Both the position numbers and the translations under genes were made by a program. Positions 1 through 11,152 of a stretch of 64,000 nt of DNA are shown here, piece after piece (position 1 is the first letter of the stretch; each line of letters opens with the position of its first letter). The DNA comes from Atractiella rhizophila (Eukaryota): positions 124,001 to 188,000 of the forward strand of contig MU271184.1 of assembly GCA_021432655.1 (NCBI GenBank). Direction: 5' to 3'. Under the pieces are notes generated by a model. The model did not search any database and had not been told where the DNA came from. It saw only the letters and a list, made by a program, of their open reading frames with translations.

Positions 1-1211
1 TTTCGCACAAACAACTCCAGCGCCGCTGATTCTACGACTTCAAAAATCACAGAGGAACTCAGCATTTAAGTTGGCGCAGGCATATCGGTCAACGTCCGCA
101 GTATGTTCTTTCCGCTCCTGACGTGTTGATTTCTTAACAACCGATGCTTCAGCTGCTCCTTCAGACAGCCCATTGTTGTCTCATTTGGATGCTCTTCCGG
201 TTGCCGAAACCACCAACGTCTACTTTGTCCAGCCTGACTGCTTCGCGGCTGACAGCCCTCGTACTGGCCCAGGTGCTATACCAGTACGCCACCTCGAAAC
301 AACAGAGCGTAACGGCACAGCAGTGAGTTACCCAGGAGCCGATGTGTGAGAAAGCAACACGGTGGATAGCATGGACATGCCAGGTCTGTACTCCATGGTC
401 ATTTCCTATGATTCTCGCTAAGTGTAGGTGCCAGTCACAAACGTGAGGCCGTACGCTAAAAGGACAGCTTTACCACCTCGCACGTTTACACCTGTTGTGG
501 TAAGCTATTGCTGCTTCCTCAATGTATGCAAAGCTTGTCTGTAAAGTGGCAGGCATCACTCCATATTGGACACTTGCCAGCGACAAAAGGAGGTACAACT
601 AAGCGTATCCTGGGCGGAAGGTGTGTCAACACCCTGCTGGCAATTCTGTGTAACTGAAACATGCATTTCACATATAGGGAGATGTACAAGCGGTTTCGGA
701 TGGAGCAATGTGAGCAAGAGCATACTGCAGGCAAATTGGTAGCAGAACCAGATTTCAAGAAGGAGTATACGCAGCTTTCACAAGCTGAAAAAGCGGTCTG
801 TATCTCGTTCAATACAGCAAGTTTGTGCTTTGCTAAACTCAATGGGGCAGGACTGGAACCGGCGATGGAAGGAACAATCGGCATCGACTCAGACAGCAGC
901 AGCAAAGCCATCGAGCTCATCGACAACATTGTGAGGTTGAAGTTCAGAAGGGTGCAGGAGGGTGCAGGAGGAGGAGAAGGAGTAGGTGCAGGTGCGAGGG
1001 GCAACGGGATCGGCAGATGTTAAAACGCTGCAAATTTCGGAAAATAATGGAAATTCCTGTTTTTGCGCCAATCATCAGTCTCTCGCGTGTCTGAAAAACT
1101 GCAAAAAAAATCCTTAACCTGACCCAAATTTTGCGAGTTTTCCATCACACCGAAAAAGTGGGGAAAATGCTGGTAAATCTTGTCAAAAGCCGGAAAGCAT
1201 TTTTGACAGGG
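1..1211 (+). mobile_element. Terminal part of a CACTA/CMC-type DNA transposon (accessory gene 3' part plus terminus)
   Basis: ORF 661-1023 (EMYKRFRMEQCEQEH...EPDFKKEYTQLSQAEK) matches 18310-18534(-) (EMYRRSRIEQWEKE...EPDWKEEYKRLSQSEK). Ends in TTTTGACAGGG (1201-1211), the reverse complement of CCCTGTCAAAA at 17917. Confidence 0.6.
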
Positions 1212-1277
1212 ATTTATCACCCATCGGAGATCTATTGTTGCATCGACACATATTGTAGTCAATCAAAAGAGTCCCGA

Positions 1278-1400
1278 CACCCCAGTCGGCTCTCTTTGAG
1301 GCTTACGAGACCGAGAAATGAAGACCAGATTCACGGCCTTCGAGACCGTGGCCCAGCCAATTCTCAAAACAACTCTGAATTCGTGAATTGGCAGTCTGGT
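1278..1400 (+). repeat. Left TIR of KDZ element
   Basis: Aligns along its length with the reverse complement of 8932-9055 (shared blocks GAGAAATGAAGACCAGATT and CCAGCCAATTCTCAAAAC). Confidence 0.92.
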
Positions 1401-2077
1401 ACATCACGAAAGGTGAATTCCAAATTAGGAAAGCGTTAAAGGCGGGAAGTGACCTGTATATCTAAATCAATATATGTCGTATCCCCTCTACTCCTATACC
1501 CTAAGTTATATTGAGTGTGAATTGTATACTAAGTGGAAAATGCACGACATCCCATCTCTCCCCTTCCCTCCCTTTAAATTTCACTGCTGTGGTCACGTAA
1601 AGAAGAGAAGAAGCCAACTGAAGCATAAGACAGAGCGTACAGATGGTAAGCCAGTACATCTTTCATTTGTGTTTGTGTGTAGATGTCTTCTATTGCAATG
1701 GTACTATATAATATGGCCGTCCGCCCTGACCGTCTCTAAGAATACCAGCGAGAAGAAAAGACACCTCATTCAGCATTCGGGCATCAGATACATCCGCTTT
1801 CAAGCAACTGCCTTCAAGATTCATGTCCACTTTGAGCTGTAACAGTGTCTTTCCCAAAACATGACTTATATTATCTTTCATCACTGATGCCGTGTTATCA
1901 GTACTGAGTACTTATCTCTTTCAATTGAGCCGTAATACACCATTGCATGATATTAATTCAATCTGATTTACTTCCTGAAACCAGAAATAGAGAGAATGTG
2001 GCACGGTGTCGGTGTGGACTGGACCATCAAAGCGTCATCAGTTCAGTTCAGTAGGCAATATGAGAAGACATACCTTA

Positions 2078-4253
2078 CTATCCCTCCAACCGTTGTTTCT
2101 TCCTACTATGCCCTGGTTTCTCCTGAAGGACGACATTACCTTGTTCTAGCTGTTCAATCAACACTTTTAGCCAGTTCTCATGTGCTCTTCGCAAACCGGC
2201 TTGCATGTGATTTACGAAGTCCTCTGCACTAAGCACGTCTGATTTCTCACAGTAAAAGCTCCATCCCTTGAAGATTTTGTCAAACTTTGCAACCGGCCAT
2301 TCCTTGAAGTCTTGCTGCAATGCGTTACCTGTATTTTGAATTTTCACTGAGTTCACATTTGTAAACAAACGCGACAAAGCGCAAATCACTGGCAAGCTGT
2401 TTCAACAACCTTTTTGCATAAGTTTCTTTTTCATCCCGATACTGGCAATCATCTAATGAGTGGAGTTGATCTACATAATATATCAGATGTCTGTTGATGA
2501 GATAGAAATGTTAACCGACCTTCATGCTTCCGCAAGTGGTACACTGGCTCTCTCTTTACTGCCTCCGATCGTCCGATTCTGCTAGGAAGGGTGTGTGGAG
2601 ATTGTATATATGCTGCCATGTAGTTTAAAATTGAGAGACTGTGGATCATGCCCTTGGTTTGGATACAACTTTCCGTCAAGAGTGTATTGACAAAGCTACT
2701 TGCATTGTCAGATGAAGCTTCCATCTTGAATGCCCCATTTCGAGCCTGTGACGAAACGCAGAAGATGACAAATTCACAGTGAGCAGCAGCAAACACATTG
2801 TTGATCTAGAGACATTGGTGAAATGAGTGCAGTCTTAATGGCGACAGCGAATAGACTGACCTCTCTTTTCGCCTTCTGCATATAGGCTCCAGCTGTGCTC
2901 TCATCATCGGCATGTGACACCTTGAAGCTGTGGAAGCTGCTTTCCGAAGCTGCTTTGATCTTCTCAGCCTGTAGAAACAGATGTTCTTCCCCCGCCTCAA
3001 TGGCAGCAGCTTTCAACTCTTCGTACTTCTTGCCCAACGTCTTCCCCCTATCGCCACCACTGCGCATAGATCTGACTTATAAAAACGATGTATTATCATA
3101 TTTGTAGGATGGAGGTGTATAGCATATCACGTACACTCTTTAGATTGCGAAATTGCCTGGGCAGCTGGATGATACTTCACAAAGATGTTGTAGTCATTCA
3201 GTTTTGTTTGTACAACGCTAGTACTCTGTGTTAGTAGCGCCATCCTTCCTCACTTCAGATAGAATCACTGACCTATAGTGCGGTACACTGTCAGGATGTG
3301 CACCAAGTTCAATGGCTTTGACAATCATCCCGCGCTCTTGTCGCTCCCTCAAAGCTAAGAACTCCTCCCTTTGCACATTATTCAGCGACTGTTTATAACC
3401 CAACCCACGCGCAAAGGATAGAAGGGCTGAATTCGTCGTGTTATCCAAGTCCACATGCTTTCCAGGATAGTCAAGGCGCTCTTGACGAAATCGAGATTCG
3501 AGGCCGGCTGGAGGGTGGGACTTGTGGTGTGAGGTGGGTAGTGAGGATGGGGTATTTGTTTCGAGTGTGGAAAGTGGTTCTGCTAGGAAGGCGAAATTGG
3601 TAGATGGATTTGTCGTGGACTTGAGCAAATGCTCACGGAAGGACTGCTGAGGATGAGAGGAATTTTCGACGGGTAAATGTGGTAAACCTGAGGAAAGGAG
3701 AGATGGTACTCGGACCGCTGAAGCAGCAGGAAAGGACTGTATGTTGAGAGTAGATGAACCGGTACTCCTGTAGGAGTTCGCGAAAGTTGGCATAGGCAGA
3801 TGGGAGGTTGAAGGTGAAGGTGAATTAACAATTGAAGCGGTTGTGGCCGGTACAGGGTAATCAAGTCCTGACTAAATGCCATTCCCTTTTCCAGTGTGAA
3901 AAGAGAGTGGCCGGCATCTTTCCACACATCAGAGACGAAAAAGGGATTGTCTCCGACTGAATCAAAGAGGTGATTTGGATATTGATGGTGCCATTTTGTG
4001 TAGCATATACCAATCATATCCGTTGGTTTTTAGGATATCCCTTCAGCAAATAAGAAAATTACACACAAAGTCTCTGATTAGTAGTATTAAATCCATTTAT
4101 ACCTCCATTATTAGGCTCTGGTCGATTATGTTCTCGTTCTCCCACTAACTGCCCAAATCCTTGATGGCTTGTAGTAACAGGCCAGCAGTGATCGTTTGAG
4201 AGCGTACTATCCATGAATTGAATATTTGAAGGATTGTCGTATCTAGATTCCAT
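2078..4253 (-). CDS. KDZ-associated accessory protein, alpha-helical with HMG-box-like segment (multi-exon, possibly disrupted)
   Basis: Exon ORFs 4059-4349, 3218-3793, 2774-3067, 2449-2796, 2078-2395. Segment LALRERQERGMIVKAIELG...TKLNDYNIFVKYHPAAQAI...GKTLGKKYEELK resembles the HMG-like proteins beside fungal KDZ transposases. Lies inside the TIRs. Confidence 0.6.
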
Positions 4254-5295
4254 GTCAATATGCGGAAAATATGAGAGGATAGATTGTAACTCACTAGATA
4301 TTACAAACACGAAAAATACGCTGATGTTGCTGTAGTCAGAACGGAACAAAAAGAAAGGGGTACCTCACGTGATTTTGACACGTCCAGGAGTTCGTGTTTT
4401 TCAAAGATGGTTGGCTTCTTAAAGATGCTCAGATATTTGCGTGCCAATGCTGACACATTACGCTTTACTCTGCAAGAGTTAATAGGCACAGCTGGAATGA
4501 TATCCAATCGCCAAACTGCTATATAAATCCCTCAGCCATTACTTCGTGGTAATGAAAATCCTAAGGAAGTAAATGAACACTGAAATAGTATTAATCATTA
4601 GAAGGAAAGAGTCATCCTTACTTTAATATCTAACACTCTTAGCTTTATCGTAAAAGAGCAATAAGAAGTGTCTGACAAGGCTGTTGTCATTGCTCCGTTG
4701 TTGCCTTTTAAGTACTGCCGAGCTATTGCTTTTAAGTTTCAATGTGCTTTGGTGTGATACGAGATTTAGATAAGCTGAATGGGTAGAAATGAAACACATT
4801 GTCGAAGGACTAATTGTCGAACTTAAGCGAAGAATAATTATTATCAGTAAATGAAATTGTATGTGTTAGCCAGCAATATTTAAGCGATACGTTATATCCA
4901 AGAACATGTTGAAGGCTGTGGCATGTTTGATTTCTGCTAGTGGGTTAACATAGGTATATTGATAATATTAATCGATTGAATGATAATATCTTTAAGAAAA
5001 GCATAATGAGACAAGTTTTGACGACAAACTCACGAGTTATAAGCAATACATCAAATGCATACTTATATTTGTATTGCGACGTCAGCCATCCTGCGTCACT
5101 GCCACCATGGGTTTCCACCATTACCCCCATCGTTGTTTGTGATAGCTTAGCGTCTAGTGAACTTGAACAAATGAATCTTACCAATTGGGAAATTTGGTCC
5201 GTGTCCAAGGCGTTCAATCAATAGCGTAAGCACCAACTCAAAACCACTCTCTTCTAATATCAAAGGAGCACAATGTTAAGGAGAAAGAACGGAAT

Positions 5296-8200
5296 TTATT
5301 CTAAAGTGCTATCATCAAAACTATTTACAGTACATTCTGCTTCCTGCAACTCCTCTGCAAAGTCAACTTCCTCGTTAACCTCTTCAAATCCATCGTCATC
5401 TTCCCATTCCTGCTCAAAATTTTCAGCGAAACTTCCTACCACATCTGATCCTGTCCGAAGTCTTCCCAACCAGGCATGTACACCTTCCTCTTCGCTCCTT
5501 GTTTCTTCCCAAAGCCAAGAGAGGTCATTAAACCATACTTGTTCAAGGGATTGTAAGCGGCTCAGTTCCTTCTGAAGGAGATGGAGCGTGGACCGTGCAC
5601 ATTTGAGTGGTGAGATGGATGGGTTTTGGGTTAAGTATGCTGACATTTGATAGAATGGTGGGGGCGTTGCCGTAAGGGAAGGGTCATGAGGAGAAGTGGA
5701 GTCTATCACTACCATTTCAAAGTATTAGGTGTAGAAAGATAATCTATGCTCCGAGTAAACTCCAATCCTCTCGCGTTTGCCCAAGCCATCGCACGACGCA
5801 CTTCCCACCCCATACGCCTCAGCTCCTCCACTGCACGATCCCGCTCCATGACCGTTCGTATCCCTGCCTGGGTGATCACATCTGTCTGCCACAGCCCTCG
5901 GGCGCACATCATGAAGCCATCATTCCAGAAAGGGTCATCAAGGGAAAGGGATTTAAGTTCGTCATAAGTTGACATTTTTTTTCGGGAGTGCTTCGTCAGG
6001 ATAGTCTCGTTCGTACTTCGCAACATGTCGCAGGTAGGCAATTGAAAGTTGTTTTGGCGGCACGGTGATGTTTTGATACAGAGGCAAGGATACGTTCACG
6101 TTTTTTGTATCCTACAAGAATTAATCTTGATAATGATTACTGAGGTTGACGAACCTGTCAAATAACCTCCACGTCGCTCTTTAGCAAGTGTGATCGGACG
6201 GAGTTCTTCCTTAATACGAAGTTGACGCCGTTGCAATTCTAGTTTTGCATGCCGAATAAGGAGAAGCTGTTTTCTCCTCTCTTCTATTATTTAACACATT
6301 GCAGGTAAGCATCCAGCTTAGAGAGCGAGAAGCATCTTACTTTCAGCAGGACGGAGGTCACGAAATGCATCTCCCAACTCCCTTGCGAGCAGTTCTAATT
6401 CGGCACTATATTTGTCCATTGCAGTAAGCGCCTTCGCGGCTGTTGCTGGAAGGATCTGGCGCGTGGACTCGAGCATTCTTCTATGCTGATGGGTGAGAAA
6501 TGCGACAAAACTGAAGGAGAGCATACGAAGTTTGTTCTAGTCGATACTGCAGGTCAAAGAATGCACCTAGTTTCTCCGCTTCCTCCTTTTGTCGAGTTTT
6601 CTTCGACTCTTGACCAAGATCTCTCTTCTCCTGTTCCCATTGTTCGTAGAAAAACGCTTCAGTATATTTCGACCCTGGATGGTGAATGTTGTCGATGGAT
6701 TTGAGAAAAGTCAAGTCGCTTGGACGCCTGCCGCAAACACGTTGCGGCATTAGCATACTTTCGACGAAGGGTTACAGCTATAGACACACCTGTGAGCCTG
6801 CTGAATATAATTTGAATGAGTGGACGACATACCGAGGCCCACAAGTCCTTCTTCAACAATATACTGAGCTCGAAACTCAATAGTGAGGAGGCGGTTGTTA
6901 CGTGTCATGTAACGGCATCCTCCAATGATGGAGGACATCTTGCTCCATGTCCGCTCTGTTCCTTCACCTTCTGACTGGCCAAATCCAGTGGAGTATTTGG
7001 AGTTGTATTTGATTTGGCAGTCCCAACCGTGAGCATAGCCGTGAAAGGTCGGAAGACGGGCTTGAATTCGCTCTCGGATGTCAGTGGGGAGGAGGTTACG
7101 CTGACGATAAATTTTCAATGACATTCCATGATGAGAAGTACTACGCACTTTGTCCCACATGCTTTTCGAAATTGCAGGCGATATCATATTGGGCTCCAAA
7201 TCGCCGGTCCACGAAAGCTTGAGCAAGGTATTTAACAACCGCGACGGAATAGCAAAGTCTGAAGACAGTCAATGAGGTATAAATTCATGTGCAAGACTAT
7301 GTACTTCTCTCCCGATTTGAAGATGTTTGCAAAGATCAATGGTCATGGCAAAAAGCCCCGTGTCATCTGAGCTCTTGAAGCTTGACTGGCTCCGTTTGTC
7401 GTCTGCAGCTTTGAAAGACTCTGTGCAAGCGTCCTAATGACATTTAATACTTCAACCTTGATATAACAGAGTGCATACCTTGTCATGGGACTTATACCTG
7501 CTGGTGGCTGTTTCATTCGTTTCTCTTGCATCATCAATGGCCTCCTGAGGGATGAACGATGGAGGATGGCGAAGGGGAATGGCATTGATGGTGCTATTTG
7601 CTTGATGCTGCTGAACAAAGTTGCCATCCATACTGAAGAGGTTGTCCGGCACTTTGTCTTCTTTTCGCTCGTTCTCCATAGGTCCGAAGCAAGGGGGACA
7701 GATCATCGCGAGCCGATCAGAGGTGCGATGATTCAAGGTCTCTTCAAGCAGTTGTTGCACACCTAGGAGGATGCACCGGAACACAGAGACCGTCTTCCCA
7801 AATGGAATGCGAAACGACCGTGCCTGGTCCCAACATGAACACTTAGCACATAACCCTAACATGGAGCAGGAACATATGAAGGCGCTTGGACGAACGGTGT
7901 GGAAGACGAGCAAGGACTGGCAGACATACTTGATCAGTCCCGCATCCTTTCAAAGCAGTCGATTTGCCAGGTAGCAGATGAAGATATTTCTGCCATCCCT
8001 CAATCCAGCTTTGGGTTGAAATTCCGGAAGGCGCCCACATAGAATGATGAAAGCGAAGGAAGCGGATAGAGAAGGCGGTTCGAGGGGAGTGGGGAGAGGC
8101 GGGGAGATATCCCATGCAGAGAAGTCGGACTGGCTCAGGAGTACATCTGCAGAAAGACACTGTCGCACGCCGTTCCTCTTCCCAACATCCCATGACCTCG

Positions 8201-8770
8201 TGTTCAACGTAAGGAGAGGCAGCATACCTAGGACATCCAGCAAGTCTACTTCTTTCTCACTCCTATCATCCTGCTCACAGCGACAAAGAAAGACCTCCCC
8301 AACCCGGTCCTTGAAAGCTTCCTCGCCATCCGCCCAACCTCCACTCCAACCTTCTAGTAATAAATAATGCGCCACCATCTCTGGCATCAGTTCAGTCCAG
8401 CGTCTATCCTCTTTGACAAGCTTGCTAACATAACGTTCTGATCGATAGCTCTTGCGAAGGAATTGTCGAGCGCAATCCAAACTAGACTAGCGTGGGTCGG
8501 AGGGGTGTCACCATCCTCCCCTTCCCAATCAAATGGTTGTGCACCTTCTGAAATATTCGGGAGAGGGACGGCTGAGGAGTTTGGTGATGGAGGGGAGGAA
8601 GGAGAGGAATGCGAGAAGTCGATGGCATCCATAATCACGTCCTGGGTTCGAGATTTGGCGAGAAATGCATCTGCTCTTCTGCCTGACAGACGACCTGAGC
8701 TGGTGAACAACGTTGTCTTGCCATTATCCTTGAGCGGTCTGACACGCCAGCCGTCTCGCGAACGCTTCAT
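5296..8770 (-). pseudogene. CxC1 + KDZ transposase (Kyakuja), frameshifted
   Basis: CxC1: FCRCTPEPVRLLCMGYLPASPHSPRTAFSIRFLRFHHSMW. KDZ: CPPCFGP, FSMDGNF, YDIAC, FHGYAHGWDCQ, GFGQSEGEGTERTWS. C-terminal DDPFWNDG...EELRRMGWEVRRAMAW. GT-AG introns. Frameshifts at ~8485 and ~7345. Confidence 0.9.
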
Positions 8771-8931
8771 GGGAGCGAGGTTGTCGAGACTAGGAGGGTG
8801 GATTGGGGATGGAGTGATCGGTTCGGTTTAGACGTCCAAGGTGGTTCACGAACGTATGCGTCTTAAAGCTTGAAGGAGGGAGGATGAGGAGCAGAAGTTG
8901 TTATGATGTGGTCAGAGTTGTCATTTTCCCG

Positions 8932-9055
8932 ACCGCACTGCCAACTCACAAGTCGTGAATCGTTTTGAGAATTGGCTGGCGTGCTGGTCTCAAAGACCGT
9001 AAATCTGGTCTTCATTTCTCAGTCTCGTTGTCCTCTAGAACAGCCGACTGGGGTG
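8932..9055 (-). repeat. Right TIR of KDZ element
   Basis: Reverse complement of 1278-1400, followed by TSD AGTCCCGA. Confidence 0.92.
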
Positions 9056-9240
9056 AGTCCCGAATACGGTGAGGTTTAGAGTTACGGTTCAGACCATGTG
9101 TACGCAAAATTCTGCTCAGATGAGTATATAAAAGAAACTAGCCATTGTCTGGTGTTCCTCCTCCACCTCATGATCAGGTTACATCATATATAATTAAAAG
9201 GTTTGTCGGCATTCAGTGTGACTTCAAGGAGCATCTGTTC

Positions 9241-9329
9241 TCCTTTGTCCTTTTCATATCCTTTATGTTCACGAGTTCTGTTCTCCTTTGTCCTCTTCAT
9301 ATCCTTTGTTTTCACGAGTTCTGTTTTCC
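9241..9329 (+). repeat. ~43-bp tandem duplication (2 copies)
   Basis: TCCTTTGTCCTTTTCATATCCTTTATGTTCACGAGTTCTGTTC repeated with a few substitutions. Confidence 0.85.
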
Positions 9330-9377
9330 AAACCCAAAAATCAAGTTGTTCCCTCTATCTGTATCATCATTGATGTA

Positions 9378-9645
9378 GACGATAGCCCCAACAAAAAGCT
9401 TCATGTCGGTAACATCCCATACAATCTCGACCATACCATGCTTTGAACGTTCTTTGTGCTGTACGGGCCCTTTCAGGATTGTGTAATCATAACGGGAAAG
9501 AGACCCCGAATAGGAGCAGAGGTTATGGCTTCATCACCTTTCGAGATCGGAGAGACGCCATGGAAGCCTGTACACCACTTCTTACCGCAAACAACTGTCA
9601 CTTATCCCTTTCCAACAGGTGTCGCTTGGAATGGTTTCCTCAATG
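9378..9645 (+). pseudogene. RRM (RNA recognition motif) protein pseudogene
   Basis: RNP2-like KLHVGNIPY followed by an in-frame TGA. RNP1-like RSRGYGFITF lies in a different frame. Confidence 0.75.
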
Positions 9646-10879
9646 TAAGTCTCCTTTCCTTGATGCTCTTTCTTACATTACTGACTTAAGGGCAAGGGTA
9701 AGACCATGTTCTAGGTCTTGCATCCAGTCAATGAGCTGAGATGTCAGTCAGATGCCTAAGCCCTCATCGTTGACTTCGATGTGAACTAATCTCTTTCATC
9801 GCCATTCTAAGGTTAACGTACAGCGTAGGATCCAAGCCGCGAAAGCAAAAATAGCTCGCGGCTTAGCAAGCCACCCCTCCATTCTTGCCTTTGTTACAAG
9901 TGTTGGTCAAGCTTGGACTGAAAATGTGGCCAGTATACCGCCTATTTGGGGCCCACATAGCATATTTTGCCAATGATACCGCAAATGAGCGATAACGTGA
10001 ATGATAACAGAGCCTGTTGATGCTACCTGCTTGTGATCTGCATATGTTACCACTCGTGTTATCGCCGATTTCAGATCCAAGATGAAATACATTCTGGCCT
10101 ATCTGGATCTATATGCTGGAAAAAGGATTGCTCGTCGAGTTTTTGGCTTGCGAATTGGAAAGGTGGAATGAGATGAATCTCGTGTTAGGATGGACAACTC
10201 ACACACCACCCACCTCACTTCAGCGTTCTATAGGCATCCATTGGTGTATTATTTATGTCGATGGCCGATAATTGGGCCTGGCGATCTCGAGTGGGCAATG
10301 ACACGCGCCGCAACAGAGCAAACTGATGCCAAGATCTTCGATCGACTACAATATGCTAGTCTATTCAACAATACGATAACTGCCCCAAAGTTCTTCTTTC
10401 GTGCTAGCTTTTCCGCAGTACGGTCAAACCGTCTTACTGCGAAGATATGAAAGCATCCTGACGCGCGATGAATTGAATCCTTCAAATGAACGACATCAAC
10501 TTGCCTTCTTTCTTTTTCGAATGGATGTATGACCCCCGCCTATCCATAATGCAGACATCAGACGTTAAAGTTTACTTCTTTGTCAGCTGCTGTTTATCGG
10601 CCATTCGAGATCTGAATGATTCGTATGACTGCTGATGTACATCGCGCATCAACCGCGCATGGATAAGGACCCCAGTAATCTAATTGAACAAAGAACAATG
10701 GCTGAGTATAAAAGACCTGGAGCGTCAAAAGCCGCCTTTCTGCCCCTAGGTCAGCTCTTTAGGCAGACAAACTGCCCCTGGTCTTTGGTTTGTTCGTCTC
10801 TCTTCACATTCAACGGCCGTCAGCCGTGTATTAACGACATAAGAGGGTTAATATTAATAGGGCATGCTTTTGCTGAGAA

Positions 10880-11152
10880 ATGATCCCGTTCATCATTGTT
10901 TCACTTCTGACGGTCATATTCAAAATCTCCGACTGGACCACGAGCCACATCACACACCAACAAGAACAGCAGGAGCAAATGCTCAAAAAGCAAGAGCACC
11001 TGCTTCGAGAGTGGCTCAAGCAAGAACATCTGCTCAAGGCGTCCTGCTGGATTCTACTAGTACTCCTTGCACTGTTGTTTTGTTTTTGTATGTTTGTACG
11101 TTTTCCTGGCGGCCGTGCTAAACCCTTTGACAGTTGGTATGAGGTATTGTAA
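10880..11152 (+). CDS. Small 90-aa protein with two hydrophobic segments and a central Q/E-rich helix
   Basis: ATG-initiated ORF, TATAAAA at ~10707 upstream, internal repeat LKKQEHLL/LKQEHLL. Confidence 0.4.
   Translation: MIPFIIVSLLTVIFKISDWTTSHITHQQEQQEQMLKKQEHLLREWLKQEHLLKASCWILLVLLALLFCFCMFVRFPGGRAKPFDSWYEVL

Larger units (their letters stand above)
1278..9055 (-). mobile_element. Complete Kyakuja-type KDZ (Zisupton superfamily) DNA transposon
   Basis: Imperfect TIRs 1278-~1400 and ~8932-9055, first 14 bp identical (CACCCCAGTCGGCT). Flanked by direct repeat AGTCCCGA at 1270-1277 and 9056-9063. Contains a CxC1-KDZ transposase. Confidence 0.92.

Noticed and set aside
1400..5300. TET/JBP dioxygenase inside the KDZ element
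   Set aside because: No HxD...H...R double-stranded beta-helix pattern recognisable in the ORFs. A highly decayed copy cannot be excluded.
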